Origin: Promethearchaeota archaeon Loki_b31
Lineage (GTDB): Archaea; Asgardarchaeota; Lokiarchaeia; Sigyniarchaeales; SOKP01
Direction: 5' to 3'
Assembly: GCA_005222975.1 (NCBI GenBank)
Contig: NJBI01000008.1
Span: 23,168 to 87,167, forward strand
DNA length: 64,000 nt
In this document: positions 62,886 through 64,000 of the stretch, piece after piece
Position numbering within the stretch: the stretch's first letter is position 1
Layout of the letters: the number at the start of each line of letters is the position of its first letter
Program-made: the position numbers and the translations under genes
Notes under the pieces: model-generated
Told to the model about the DNA's origin: nothing
Database searches by the model: none
The model's input: only the letters and a program-made list of their open reading frames with translations

Positions 62886-64000
62886 ATGGACTTTAGTAGA
62901 AGCGTCAAAAAAGAAATCGTGAAGGTCTCTGCCGATCAATATGCACCAAAAGCGTGCCCATCTTGCGGAAATAGTGAAATTACAATAAGAACAAGCCATA
63001 AAAGGATAATATCCGAGCTTGGAAATATTGATACTGAATTATTTATAGAACTTCATGTAGCTACCTTTGAATGCAAGAATTGCGGGGCTAAATACACGCC
63101 AGAACATGTGGATTATCCCAAGGGGTATGAATATTCGAGACGAATAATTCAAACCGCTCTATCAATGCATTTTCAAGATAATGTCTCAGGAAACAAAATT
63201 GCGGCTCAGCTTGCGAAATATTTTAGCGTTCAGATACCCCCTAAGACGATTTATTCATGGGTTAATGCATTAACTGAAGAATTCATGAAAAGCGAATTTA
63301 AAACCGAGCCTGAGAAGGCATTAGAAGCGTATAAAGCACTCACAATCGATGGAACGGGTTTTAGTTTAGGAAATAAACTGTTAGGGAAAAAAAAAAATGT
63401 GCCCTTAGCATCGGCAGTCAAGTTATCAAACGGAATATACTTATTGACCTGGTGGGAATAGAAGACTTTGAGAATGGCTGTCGTTCTTTACTTGCTGTAA
63501 GAAAAAAAGCACCCATTAACCCTTATATTATCACGTGCGATTTTAGTCCCGCATTAATCGCCGCAATCAAAGCGATTTTTCCAGAATCTGCCGTTCAAAT
63601 CGACGGCTTTCACGTGATGCAAGCAATAAATAACGGAATAAGACGAGATTTCAAATATTACAGGGCTAAGCTTTATCGCGATGAAATAAACGAATTATTA
63701 GGGCTTCGTTCCTACCTTAATGTTCTCCAAGAGAAGCGTAAACGCGCCGATCTCCTCACTCCTGAAAGTATTCCACCTTTAAAAAAGATTAACCCTTCCC
63801 ATTCAGGAGCAAAAAAGTGTAACGAAGTCATAAAACAGCTCCTTTTTCTTTTAACCACACAGGATCCTCGCTTTTTTTTTATTGCTTTTGACATGGAGCT
63901 TAAAAAGCTTTTAAAAGAATACGGCGAAATCTTAAAGGAATTTTGCGATACATTGCGCTCTAAGTTTCCAAAACGGAAGTTTACAATTAAAGGACGCAAC
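62886..64000 (+). mobile_element. ISL3-like transposase split by a -1 frameshift at an A11 run (63387-63397); runs off the window
   Basis: Frame 0: CPSC..CKNC Zn finger, HTH, IDG. -1 frame: IITCDFSPALIAAIKAIFPESAVQIDGFHVMQ, open to base 64000. Confidence 0.8.

Larger units (their letters stand above)
26537..64000. mobile_element. Degraded integrated element / defence island (boundaries approximate; right end outside the window)
   Basis: Switch from housekeeping genes to a giant gene, small MGE-like ORFs, CRISPR-Cas, defence genes, two ISs and several nonsense/deletion scars; no integrase or att site seen. Confidence 0.55.

Overview
Low-GC archaeal DNA whose gene content points to an Asgard archaeon, probably Lokiarchaeia (inferred from the ESCRT-II/III-Vps4 cluster, LRR proteins and longin-like domains). 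Bases 1 to ~26.5 kb are core chromosome: pgk, tRNA-Val(GAC), a tRNA-Gly(GCC) split by two non-canonical introns, the ESCRT cluster, Nip7-like and Nop2-like ribosome factors, cyaB, glgP and sugar genes. This part also holds an exact 206-bp copy of an internal piece of vps25. Bases ~26.5 to 64 kb form a decaying accessory/defence island. It contains: (1) a 5'-truncated giant gene (>3100 codons) broken by one in-frame TAA; (2) a small operon of basic proteins, one with a eukaryote-type HMG-box-like motif and one with weak H2B/DEK-C-like similarity; (3) a type III-A CRISPR-Cas operon (cas10-csm2-csm3-csm4-csm5-csm6/csx1-cas6, no cas1/cas2 in the window) between two outward-facing arrays that share ~530-bp inverted leaders; (4) an IS with a 12-bp palindromic target duplication; (5) a truncated OAS/CD-NTase-like gene joined to an Mrr-type nuclease tail; (6) an HTH-CARF plus TPR-HEPN pair, TIR/NDT-like and HEPN-like genes, and a frameshifted ISL3-like transposase. 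The best candidates for new biology are the mobile HMG-box 'chromatin' operon, the HTH-CARF/TPR-HEPN module and the OAS-like remnant. All domain calls are by eye from motifs; no searches were run.
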